Source: Macrostomum lignano
Lineage: Eukaryota
Direction: 5' to 3'
DNA length: 64,000 nucleotides
NCBI GenBank assembly: GCA_002269645.1
Contig: NIVC01001106.1
Location: forward strand, 167,979-231,978
The notes under the pieces were generated by a model. That model made no database searches. It was not told the DNA's origin and worked only from the letters and a program-made list of their open reading frames with translations. Position 1 is the first letter of the stretch; each line of letters begins with the position of its first letter. Both the position numbers and the translations under genes were made by a program. Below are positions 41,348-53,879 of this stretch, in pieces.

Positions 41348-42475
41348 ATGGCGTCGTCATCCGCGGCAGCAGCTATAAAAGAGGATCAAAGACAGCTGCC
41401 AGTGTCACGCGATCCTCGCCAGTACGCCGAGCTGGCAGTCGAGTTCAACAGAGCGGCGGAGGCGGCCGCCACAGCGGGACGCGGCCAGCCGGAGCGGGAC
41501 TGGTATGACGAGACCTCAGCCCGTCTGGCTGAGAGCCGCCGTCGCTGGGAGGAGGAAGTTCGCCTCATGCGAGAGCAATTTTTCTCCTCAGCTGGACGGC
41601 AAGACGTCGGCAGTGGTGGGGGAGGCGCGGGCGGCGCAGGCGGGGGCGGTGGAGCGCTGAAGGAGCGTGCGGCGGCGCTGCTGGACGCGCACACCTTCGA
41701 CCAGCTGCACACGCACACCGCGCGTCGTCCGGACGGTCGGCTTGGCCACCGCGTTCGGCTGGACCTGCGCGGCTTCGGCTGCATCGCTGAATCGTCATCG
41801 TCGTCGCCTCCGCTGCAGGTGACCGCGTTCGTGACGCCTGGCCAGGGCCCGCCCCGCCGGGTCACCGTTCGGGTCAGCGGCGGCGCCGGTGGCTCCCGGG
41901 AGCTCGTCCGAGCTATCGGGCTGCCGGCTGGCTGCCTTTCGGACAGCCTAACAGCCTGCGTCACAGCGGACGGCGTGCTGCTCATCGATGCAGTAGTAGA
42001 GGACGACAGCTGGCACCAGCAGCAGCACCAGCTGCCGAAGCAGCCGCAGTCTCCGACGCCGATCTCCCCGTCGTCGTCGATTGCCGCTGAGACAATATCG
42101 TCGGATGCAGACGAGACGCCGCGGATTGTCGCTCTAGCCGACGGGCGACGCCTCGTCCGGCTGCAGTTTCGCCTCGGCAGCGGCTACAGCCCCGACGAGG
42201 TGCGTGTCCAGGTGTGCGACAGTCGGCTACGAGTCACGGCCAGGCACGAGGAGCGCTCCAGAGGTCGGAGCTTCTTCCGCGAGTTCCAGCGCGACTGCGA
42301 CCTACCGGAAGAGGTCGAGCCAGACGAAGCGGACGCCTCGCTGACGCCCGGCGGTCTGTTGATTGTGGAGGCGCCGCTGGTGGCGGCTTCCACGGCAGTC
42401 AGGCAGCACAACGGCCGAGGTGCCACCCCTGTGCCGGTCAGGGAGGGCGCAGCAGAGCGCAGCGTGACGTCATAG
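41348..42475 (+). CDS. Intronless small heat-shock protein with two alpha-crystallin domains (flatworm p40/Tsp36 type)
   Basis: The C-terminal ACD is clear (FRLGSGYSPDEVRVQVCDSRLRVTARHEERSRGRSFFREFQRDCDLPEEVEPDEADASLTPGGLLIVEAP). A degenerate N-terminal ACD ends in SLTACVTADGVLLIDA. 375 aa, GC-rich. Confidence 0.85.
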   Translation: MASSSAAAAIKEDQRQLPVSRDPRQYAELAVEFNRAAEAAATAGRGQPERDWYDETSARLAESRRRWEEEVRLMREQFFSSAGRQDVGSGGGGAGGAGGGGGALKERAAALLDAHTFDQLHTHTARRPDGRLGHRVRLDLRGFGCIAESSSSSPPLQVTAFVTPGQGPPRRVTVRVSGGAGGSRELVRAIGLPAGCLSDSLTACVTADGVLLIDAVVEDDSWHQQQHQLPKQPQSPTPISPSSSIAAETISSDADETPRIVALADGRRLVRLQFRLGSGYSPDEVRVQVCDSRLRVTARHEERSRGRSFFREFQRDCDLPEEVEPDEADASLTPGGLLIVEAPLVAASTAVRQHNGRGATPVPVREGAAERSVTS

Positions 42476-42718
42476 CCTGCTGTGGCTCCCTCTGAACCAA
42501 TCAACAAATAATTAAATATTGCGACTGACAAATCAAAACGTCAAAACGGTGACCCAGTTCATACAGGAGACAGACACTTCTGTGGATTCTTCGGGGTGGT
42601 CAAGAAGAATTTCGTTTCCAGGAAACTCACTATAGGTACTTTAGCGGGGTTTAACTATAAATTAACTTCACTTTTGCCATCTGTGCACTTTTCTGTCGCC
42701 CGCTTTCTCCTGCTCAAC

Positions 42719-43509
42719 CAGGGGCGTCGCCAATGGGGGGGACAGGGGGGTCATGTCCCCCCCCAGTAAGAGATCTGGGGGGGACGTGCCAATGCTTTGT
42801 CCCCCCCCCACCCCACCTTGTGGCCCGTTGTGGAAATCAATAATTTTGCTGCATGGTGACAAAACATAGCGCCTACGGCGCTAACATGAGAGCCTACGGC
42901 GCTAACATGAGAGCCTACGGCGCTAACATGAGAGCCTACGGCGCTAACATGAGAGCCTACGGCGCTAACATGAGAGCCTACGGCGCTAACATGAGAGCCT
43001 ACGGCGCTAACATGAGAGCCTACGGCGCTAACATGAGAGCCTACGGCGCTAACATGAGAGCCTGCGGCGCTAACATGAAAGCCTACGGCGCTAACATGAG
43101 TGCCTACGGCGCTAACATGAGAGCCTGCGGCGCTAACATGAAAGCCTACGGCGCTAACATGAGTGCCTACGGCGCTAACATGAGAGCCTACGGCGCTAAC
43201 ATGAGAGCCTACGGCGCTAACATGAGAGCCTACGGCGCTAACATGAGAGCCTACGGCGCTAACATGAGAGCCTACGGCGCTAACATGAGAGCCTGCGGCG
43301 CTAAAATGAGTGCCTGCGGCGCTAACATGAGAGCCTGCGGCGCTAAAATGAGTGCCTGCGGCGCTAACATGAGAGCCTGCGGCGCTAAAATGAGTGCTTT
43401 TGGCGCTAAAATGAGTGCTTTTGGCGCTAAAATGAGTAGGATGTAGGATTCTAAATTGTAGAATTCTTGGCTTTGTCCCCCCACCATAAAATCCATGGCG
43501 ACGCCCCTG
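42719..43509. mobile_element. Non-autonomous hAT-type element with internal 21-bp minisatellite
   Basis: Perfect 14-bp TIR CAGGGGCGTCGCCA / TGGCGACGCCCCTG; flanks TGCTCAAC and TGCTCAAA (7/8 TSD); internal array (GCGCTAACATGAGAGCCTACG)n at ~42870-43435. Confidence 0.85.
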
Positions 43510-44319
43510 TGCTCAAACGTCAATGCTAAATATGATGATTGTCAACTGAAGCGTTTAAAAATAATTGCCTGTACCCGTCAGTGGCAAGCTCGTTTGTTTT
43601 AGAAAACTTGACCTACTCGTGCAGAGTTGAATTGATGCCTATGGCTGGCTAAGCTACTTACAGTATGCGGAATGTTTAACTTTAATTGTGTCGCATTTTG
43701 CCACGTCAATCAGTGTAATGCAAGAAAGCAATTATAAATTTCTTAAGCCAGTTCTAAGACGGAAAATCTGTTCATTTAATTCGCACAACTGGTTTAAATC
43801 TGTGTCGGATATTTCACCATTCTAATTTGCTAGCTTCAGAATCGGATCGGATCGGATTTTTTAAAAAGTATGTTTTTTACTTTTTCAGTAGTTGAACACG
43901 CAAATTTTATAGAATACTTTATAGCTAACCACTATAAACTTACTATATACGATAAATCAACTACACTAAGGTCATATACTTTGTTCATCCATCATGCTCG
44001 TAGGCAGTATTTGTTCAATAAAACTGCGATATTCTGTGGCAAATTCTTGCTTCGTAAGCACTACTATCAGCAACTTTCGCAGCAATTTTTTTCGAGATTA
44101 TCAATTCCAAAACTGGACTTATAAGACGGAAGCTGCGTTTCTTCCACCATTCGCTCCAATCAATTAACGAAAGACATTCCTCCCTGCCCTCAATCGAATG
44201 GGTACAAAACTGTCGCAGGACTTTGGAATACCTCAGTATAGTTTTATAGTCTTTCTTTCTTCGACTTCTGGACCTGCGGAATTCGCTGCGCACCCAGATC
44301 TGTTTTCTCTCGCTAATGC

Positions 44320-44490
44320 AATGACGTCAGTAAGGGTCATATAGAAATGGACTGTGCTAGGCATAGGCAGCGTTATTCAAAAAAGTAACTTCCGTTTGTG
44401 TTAAAAGCAGCGTGTTGAAATACGAAACAAGCAACTTTTTGACATCACATTCCGTTAAAAATGAAAATAGCTCGTAGAATAGCGGAAGTT
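44320..44490. promoter_or_regulatory. Possible promoter-like motif cluster (CRE plus two ETS-like sites)
   Basis: TGACGTCA near 44323, ACTTCCG near 44388 and CGGAAGT near 44483. No gene is firmly linked. Confidence 0.3.
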
Positions 44491-44544
44491 TTTACAAAAA
44501 GCGTTGATCCGTTACTCCATTACTAGAGAAAATACTTTTTCTCT

Positions 44545-46086
<1,542 letters not shown>

Positions 46087-48293
46087 CACCCCTCTACCTT
46101 TGTCTTCCCTATTGCAGTCAATCATAAAGCGCATCGGACTCCTATGCAATGTGCACCAGGTCCCACATGTACCTCTACCAAATGCGTCAGCTGAAGGATC
46201 TACCCTAATCCTAACCCTAACCCTATACCAATTGTTGTCTGCAGTGTAAATGAAAGTGTGAAAAGTCTGGTAGAAAATCTATCGAATCTTGTAGTTTTAG
46301 TTCCACTAAATTGTAAGCAAGTTCGGCAATGCAGGTAAACTTTCTAAACGCCAAACTTTCCTTTATTCTCTGAAATGTCCTTCCTAACGAATCCCAATGC
46401 GACTATGTGACGATAAAGCATCTGGGAAGCTGGCTGTCAAATATGCCGATCACGTTTTTTATTGGATTCTGTGGCAAACTGTGTGGCAACCCAGTCTGTG
46501 TGCATGACGGAAGGAATAAATTTAGTTGGCCTGGGGGCCAGCGCGAGGCCGCCCGGCCTGATGTGTTGTGCCGATAAAGTTTTGTAGCCAAATGGGGCTG
46601 TAATGGGTCCCTCTGCTAGAAGACCTATAATATTACTTTGCCCGGCTTTAGCAACACAAAAGCAGCAGGCCAAGTCAAACTGATCGAACTGATTTGTAGC
46701 CAGGAGGCTAGCCTGGAGGCCAAAGGCAAAATTTTTTTCTTAAAGGTCGCGTTGTAAATACAAGCATTGCTGCATATTATAAGCTGAATGTGCAGGGTTG
46801 GGTTTACTTTTGGTTGCTTTGAAGTGCCTTTGTATCAACAAGTCTCTCAGTATGGAGGCTCCCCAACACAGCTATAAGGAGCAGCAATTGCTGTTGATCT
46901 TACTGGAATGCATACTGCATAGGTATAGCTCGCATGAAGTGTGTGGGCTTAGCTTTCTGCGCAGTGTGGGCGTTACTACGTTTGCGCGCGCTTCTATACA
47001 TAGAATTTTATTCTGCGGCGATATTACAATATAAATGTATATACGGAATTTGGCTGTAGGGTATTTTTATTCTGCTTACATGTGTACTGCAATGTGTGGA
47101 ACTCCCTCCCTGAAAACGCATTAAAAGGATTTTTAAACAGGAAAAAGTTGCAACAAAACTTAAAGTCGACAGCGCAGTGCTCCTCGTTCGTTTTTCTTTG
47201 TGTCACAATTAACCTCTTTCATGCACGCTGCACTTTTTTTGCTTCATAGTTTAGACTTTGTGTAGCATGCATTTGTAGCGCATTCACTATATTATAAGTA
47301 TTATAGCGTATTTCTATTTTCTATAATATTCTATAACATGTTTAAATCTTCATATTCTAGAAAGTTCTCCAACTAAACAACGCGCGTATACGGTATAAGA
47401 TAGCATACAGTAAGTACAATACTTATATTCTAGAAACTTCCGCGTAAACACGCACTTTCTATATTTGGTATTTTGAACTCCCGCGCACCCCTTTCTAAAA
47501 ACCGCTTCTCGAACTTTCCGGATTCCGGAATGTTCTATCAACACGTATAAAAATATACAGCACCCTAACACGCAATTACTCAATTCTCTCTCTTCTTTTC
47601 CACACGGAAAACAATCAAAGAAAAATTAAAGCAAACGAACCACCGCGTTTCACGCCTCAATTATTTTCGCAATCCTACACATTATACAGGTACCAGCCCA
47701 CAGTAGTATACCTGCATGCATGTGCAAATCAGAAGAAAAAATCTAGCCAAAATTCTAGAAAGTACCGTTCCAAAATGTGTAGATAGCAGCTTTACATGTA
47801 GTTTGAAGGACAATAGCAGCTGCGGACTTATCGCAGGAAATAAATCTGTACATCCAAATAACTGCGTGCCTGCATTTTCCGTATTGGAAGCAGCAGACAG
47901 GCCTTAATATATATAATTCTAATTTTAAGCTCTTTTGGCTTCGAACCGTATCCTGCAGCCGAAAGAAACTGCAGTTAAAGCTACGTACCGTACGCATGTG
48001 TAGGGGTCGGTCGAAAATGTCGAAAATGTCAAACTTTGTTATCGTCTGCAAATCGCAAAACGGGAATTAAAAGGCAGAGCCAAAGTCAACACAGCAGCTA
48101 TTATATGCATGTATAAGCTTCACCTATTGTACGAGGGTCGGTCCTGGCTGTAAAATTATAGTGCCGTATGCCATACCACACAAGATCCGGCACACTCGCG
48201 CTGCTGCAATCTGGGTAGCCCGTATACTTGAGCTGAGCACTTGAGCTGAGCTAGTCTGACGAGTTAAGATCCAACGCAATTGTCAGATAATGC

Positions 48294-48349
48294 ATGGCAG
48301 ATAGTGACATGTATTATGAGTTACATAATAATCGCATATGCTTTCGATC
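48294..48349 (+). CDS. Speculative upstream MiT/TFE coding micro-exon (MADSDMYYELHNNRICFRS)
   Basis: YYEL resembles the N-terminal (F/Y)YELKS motif of MITF-A and fly Mitf as I recall it. 56 nt ends in phase 2, matching the single C before the ATG at 53301. The GTATAG donor is weak. Confidence 0.25.
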
Positions 48350-50855
48350 GTATAGTACAAGGACAAGTTGTACTAGTAATGTATGCATATGTATAGCTAT
48401 GCTAAAGACATCGCCTATCGTAAATTCTCTCAAATTCTAATTTGCATGTAAATTGCCCTCGTTGAACTAACGTCCCTAATAAAATTTGTCGACTAAAAGT
48501 TGACTAAAGTCATATTGTGCAAGCTTTGAAGATGACTTTTAGTCAATAATTTTTATTCAGGGTACGTTTTTTGTTGGCAGCCCTGGAGTATATCATACAG
48601 TGTATTAATAGTATGAAACTGAGTGATTTTCTTCTATCTTAATTCGTTAAAAAATCCTAAAATTGGAGTAGCTTCTTTTAGTGGTTTTACAGTTACATCT
48701 TCCTTTCCCACTAAACTTGGTCAAGATATATGCATCTTGACAAATTGAGCTCACGGGCACGGAAAAAAGCACGTTAGGAAAGTACACTGACTAAAACAAT
48801 CCATAATTTCCTAGCTTAGAAAAAACGTTCCTGAACTAAAATTTTATAGACCTTTTGTATTTGCAACACTTTTAACCTATTTTAGCTTGGAAACATGAGT
48901 ATTAACTAATACTTTCTTCTCGTGCTTTTCACGTGGTTGTGGCATTTTTTTAATTTATAAAAATTAGCTAATTAGCTCGCTAATGCTCATTGCTCAGTTT
49001 GGACATGTCGTGTGCAATGAATATTAATCCTTTACTTCACTTCAGTTCTCTTATAAAATGAATAGATCCTCTATCGCATATGTTTATATGGATTTGTCCT
49101 TTTTTAAGTAAAAGTTACAACCAGGCCCAAAGCCAAGTTGAATTTAAACAATTCTTGCTTCTCATTTCACCTAAGAAAACATGAGACTTTTTTTGTTTTT
49201 TAAATCAATCAATGTAATAAAAAATTCTAAATACTAACAGATATTTCTGCTTAGCAATCCATCTGTTTAAAATTTGTCTTAGTATTATTTTTTTCATTTT
49301 CATAACTCAGATTCCAGATGTTTCTCAGGATAAATATAGGCCTAGGCCTATTACTACTTGGCATTTTTGGCATTTTTTGTTTTTTGAATCGATCTTATAA
49401 TTTTATAATAATACCTAGTTACATAGCCTTGCTTGTGTAAAATAGCAGTCTTAATAAACTTGCAATTTTTAATTATTGGATTGTTTATAATTATATTATT
49501 ATCTGATATATCTTTTCCTTATCAAGGAGCAAACTCTAAAAATGAAATAAAAGCTGAAGGCCTTGGCTTGGTATTATATTTTTATCATCAAGCTTAAAGG
49601 GTGTAATACTGTATAACTATATCTCTAGATTCAAGGGTATTGCTATTATATTCCTAATTATATATTTAGAGATAGGCCTATAACAGTTATTAAATATGAA
49701 ATAGTATTAATATGACTTAATGATACTTTGATAGGCCTGTAATAGTTATAGGCCTAACATTAACAATCATTATTTGCATGATACTGTGTAAATATTGCTA
49801 GTATTATACCATAGTTGGAATAAATACTTTATAAATTGTGTGTTATTTTATATCATTCAATATTTGTCTTTATATATCTTTTATTTTCATAATGAGTTTA
49901 AACTTTTTCATTCAAGGCTAAGCTAATAAATTGAGTTTAGATATGATTTATATGTTTATAGCTTAGTGTTTTTATTAGCCTCTACTATTAATAATGCAAA
50001 GTATAAAGGGTGTTTCAAAAGAAACATATAATAATGTTATTTATTTGCTTTCAAAAAGATAGATTTATAGTTAAATTTAATTGGACCAGGCCTAGCTATA
50101 ACATAGAATAATAAACTTGAATTTTGAATTTGAATTTTAATAAGTATTTATTTTAGTTATCATGTAAATAATGATAGTACTATTTATTTTTTATTTACCC
50201 ATAGTAAAGATCATAGCATGCTTGTGCCAGAACAAATCCTATCAAAAAGTTTGATTGTGCTATATGCCAAAACAAATCTTATAAAAAAAGTTTGCTTGTA
50301 CTGTATACTGCAACTTTTTGGAAAAAAGCAAAATTTTCCATAATTTTCCATTTGATAAATACTGGTAAAACTTATATTTGAATTTGTTTCATAGAAAATG
50401 CAATGTTAATGTATATTAATTAAAAAAGCCATCAATATACCAGAAAGCAAAAAGTGCTAAAAAAGAAATTATATGCTAAATTGTGCCATTTTTTGTCTTG
50501 TACCATACTATATTAAATTTTTCTTCTTTGTGTACTGTTGTGCTGGAATATGCTAGTGCAATATATGTCCAACAGTCCAACCCCCTTTTTGTGTTAGAAT
50601 TTTCTATGAAAAAGGCCATCTTCCTAATTATGGCTATTTATATAGTAATTATGCAAATAATGAATGCCTATAATATTTGCAATAGTGTTAGTATACATAT
50701 ACATATATTACAATGTGATTAAGTCATATATATATGACTTAATCATAGGCCTAACCCTAGACATACATAACAATATAACTAAAATTAAAAATGCAAATCT
50801 GTAGTTTAAATCCTTACCTTATAAAAACATAGAATTAGTTTTCCATTAAGGAGAT

Positions 50856-51201
50856 TTTTTAGGGGCAAGGGGGTTGTGTGCACTTTAAGCAACATAGGCA
50901 CACAACTGGCGAGAGGCATTGCTGCCCATTCCGCCAACTCCCCTGAGCAGGCATATAAGTGCGTGGATACCTACGCAGGCACACACTCACACAGGAGTGT
51001 ACAGCGGCCCTAACTTTATATTATCGTTAGGCATGTACACTTCACTACACCTTGGGGGTTGGCTCTCAAGGCCATTAATTGCACAAGCAGAGCCAAGCTG
51101 AGATTCCAATTCAGCCCCAAATTAATGTGACTGCACTTGGAATCGAGCCTGGGTCGCTGGCACACCAGAGCAGTTGCGCTACTGCTGGGCTATGGCCCCC
51201 A
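50856..51201 (-). mobile_element. Full-length tRNA-derived SINE (~346 bp) with 12-bp target-site duplication
   Basis: Head has A box TAGCCCAGCAG and B box GGCTCGATTCC; A-rich 3' end. CATTAAGGAGAT is duplicated at 50844-50855 and 51202-51213. The body matches 29335-29470, 34808-34920 and 59505-59535. Confidence 0.85.
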
Positions 51202-51622
51202 CATTAAGGAGATACCAAATTTTACAATTATCTATGCATTGAAAACTATTTTGATTATATATTATTGATAATCTAATTTTTTCATTTTTGGTATATGCTA
51301 CACCAAAATATTAAATGTGTACCAAAAGCCCAAAATCACTTTTTGTATGCCAACATATATACTAGATTTCTTGAGCATACCCTAGACTTTAATATATTTG
51401 TGTTTATATTTATGGCCTGATAAAATAAACAGGTTAAAAGCAGAAAAACAAAAAAGAATAAGTATTTATTAATAATAAGTATAATATTTCATTCCACCAT
51501 CTCCACATAGTAATCATTTGTTTAATGATACAAGAGATTAGTGGGACATTGTAAGGTGTGATATTTAAAAAAATAAGGGTAGAATCATTTAGTTCAGTTC
51601 AGTTTAGTGTAATGTAAATAGT

Positions 51623-52522
51623 TTATTGATAAACCTGATACTGCAGGTTTCTTGGGGCGTTGAGGTGCTTGTGGTACAACTGAGGGGGCTCCTCACCCCA
51701 CGCCATGCCCGACTCTGCCACCAGCCTCCGGTAGTCCTCGTCAAACTCCCAGATTACGGACTCCGGGTAGTCAGCAGCCAGCAGCTCTCCAATCTTGCGA
51801 TTGTAGTCAAGGTAGCCAAGGATGTCAGTCAGGAGACCAGCAGTGCTTTCAGCAGCCGCCAGGAGTTTTTCCTTGATCAGCTTTTGCAAGATGATCGAGT
51901 TGGCCGCGATCCACTGACCAGCAGAGATACTAGACAGCTTCGGCTCCTGCTTTCTGAATGTGAGTGAGCCATTCTCTATAGTGGCGACCAACTGCTCCTG
52001 ACTGGCTGAGCCGGGTCCTCTGGCTAGCTTGATATGGTCTCTGACGAGATGCAACTTGCGAGTCGGAGCCTGGCAATTAGCGGCCTGAAGCTGAGCCGCC
52101 TCCCTCATCCCAGATTCAAAAACCTCGGGCAACTGCAGACTGGCATGTGCATTATGCTCACCTGATGATGATGCTGGCTAGGGCTGAGCTGTCAAGTGCT
52201 GCTGAGTGTGAAGCTGTTGCTGAAGATCACGACGACGGCCTTCCAGGACTTGCAGTTCGAGCAGCTCCACCTCCTGCCGCAGTGGAGCCAGCCGGTCGCT
52301 CCCTGCCCGCGGAGGCGCCTCGCCCGCGCTGCCGATGCCGTCTTCGGCGTCCGGAGCAGAAGTCATCTCGGAGTTGTTGAAGTCTTCGTCAGCTTGCTCT
52401 AAACCGAGTGCAGTAGACAAGCGCTTGGCAAGCTGTTGTTTGCGGCCCGTAGTAGGCAGGCCTCTGTTTCGCAGCTCAGCCTTGAGTTGGCGCACGTTTA
52501 GTCGCTTTGTGCTCGCACTCAT
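51623..52522 (-). pseudogene. SAP-domain plus DIRS/Ngaro-type Gag-like ORF interrupted by one in-frame TAG
   Basis: LNVRQLKAELRNRGLPTTGRKQQLAKRL is a SAP motif. Track ORFs 52178-52618 and 51623-52132 share one frame, separated only by TAG at 52178-52180. QW.AAN..IL.KL...YL.Y..KI.EL...SV...D..YRRL.A..G..WG resembles ORF1 of tyrosine-recombinase retrotransposons. Confidence 0.62.
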
Positions 52523-52802
52523 GGCGGTGGCTGAGCAAAAAAATTGAGAAATGGCGGCGGAGCCAAGCCGGGCCGGGTGCAGAGGCTTTAAGCTGGCCGG
52601 CGCGGCCAACACCCCCACACCTCAACCCCCCGCCAAAGTACAGCGATATGTACAGCGGCACCCTCTGGCGCGTCTAACACCCCTTACTCAGAGAGTAACG
52701 ATTGCATTATACTAAAATAAATATTTAATACAATGAAAAACCATGTCTTAAAATGTAGTTAATACTAATCTATATTAATCTAGGCAACACATACATATAA
52801 GT

Positions 52803-52849
52803 CGCTATTGGCTGAAAGCAGTCACGTGACTACTATTCTGTCCAATAGC
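52803..52849. promoter_or_regulatory. Candidate bidirectional promoter module: inverted CCAAT boxes around a CLEAR/E-box palindrome
   Basis: GCTATTGG (52803-52810), GTCACGTGAC (52821-52830) and CCAATAGC (52842-52849), between the divergent SAP-Gag ATG (52522) and the MiT/TFE acceptor (53299). Confidence 0.5.
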
Positions 52850-53300
52850 AACTTACATGTGCGTGTTCATGCTTGGATGCAACCTTGGGATTCACTTGGC
52901 CATTTCTATTGGCAACACATACATGTGTGCAATCAAAGTATATTATTATTATTAGTAAATAATTAGTAGCTATTATGGCTAAATCCTTATGTGTGACATT
53001 AAGACTATAGTAGCTATACCTTTAAGTTTAGCAATTAGCATTTTTATTTATAGAAAAATATTCCATTGCAATTGCAGTTTCAGATTTTTTGTGCAATGTT
53101 CAATAGGGAAATATGTAGGTGTATTACAACTATATCTACTAACTTACAATAATAGGCTTATAGGTAAACTGGAAGAGTAATTACACATTATCATATAATT
53201 CGTTCCAGGTAAATACCTGTGCAGTATATATGTACTTAAATTCTTTAAAAAGTGTGTTACTATGATGGATTATTTATGGTGTAATTTTCTTCTTTTCAGC

Positions 53301-53852
53301 ATGTCCTCGCGCACTAATTTAAAACAGCAGCTGACCAGGCAACAGCTGCAGTTAAATAATAGCAATAATAGTAATAATAATGCCTCTACATTGGTGACAG
53401 CGCCACAGTCCTCAGCCACAACAGCAGTGGCCGCTTCCTCGGCTGCCACAGTCTCAACTCCGTATTCCGCTGTGCCGAATGTCAGTCCAGCTCAGAAGCT
53501 GATCATCACCTCCCGTCTGCCGGCTTCCAGTGTGCACTTAGTTGGCCCGTGGACCAATTCCAGCATTAGTAGCAGCGCTCCGTCGATGCTGCTGCCAGCA
53601 TTCTGTCTGGAGAATCCCACCGCTTTTCATTTGGCTCAGCAGCAGCAGACGGTGACGGCGACAACTGCAACTGGCAACATGTCGACCGGAGCTCGCCCGG
53701 CTCGCAGTCCCTCCCAGTTGTCGCCGTTGTCGCCGAACTCCTTGAATTCGGTGGCGTCAGCTTCGGAGCTCTATCAGCCCATCGAAGACGATATGGATAT
53801 TGATCTGAACTTGATTGAGCCCACGTTCACTCCGCTATCGTCAACTGTTCCT
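53301..53852 (+). CDS. MITF: MiT/TFE family bHLH-Zip transcription factor, N-terminal exon
   Basis: MSSRTNLKQQLTRQQLQ resembles MITF/TFEB SRILLRQQLMREQ; LENPTAFHLAQQQ resembles LENPT.YH. Acceptor TTTTCAG at 53299, donor GTGAGT at 53853, phase 0. Confidence 0.82.
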
Positions 53853-53879
53853 GTGAGTTTCTCTGGGAATCTCTGCCCT

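Noticed and set aside
41374-41381. TATAAAAG inside the 5' end of the sHSP ORF
   Set aside because: If it were the TATA box, the first downstream ATG (~41504) would be out of frame and the helix-like N-terminus lost; TATAAG at 41145 is a more plausible candidate.
46201-46225. CCCTAA telomere-like repeats
   Set aside because: Only 2-3 units; not significant.
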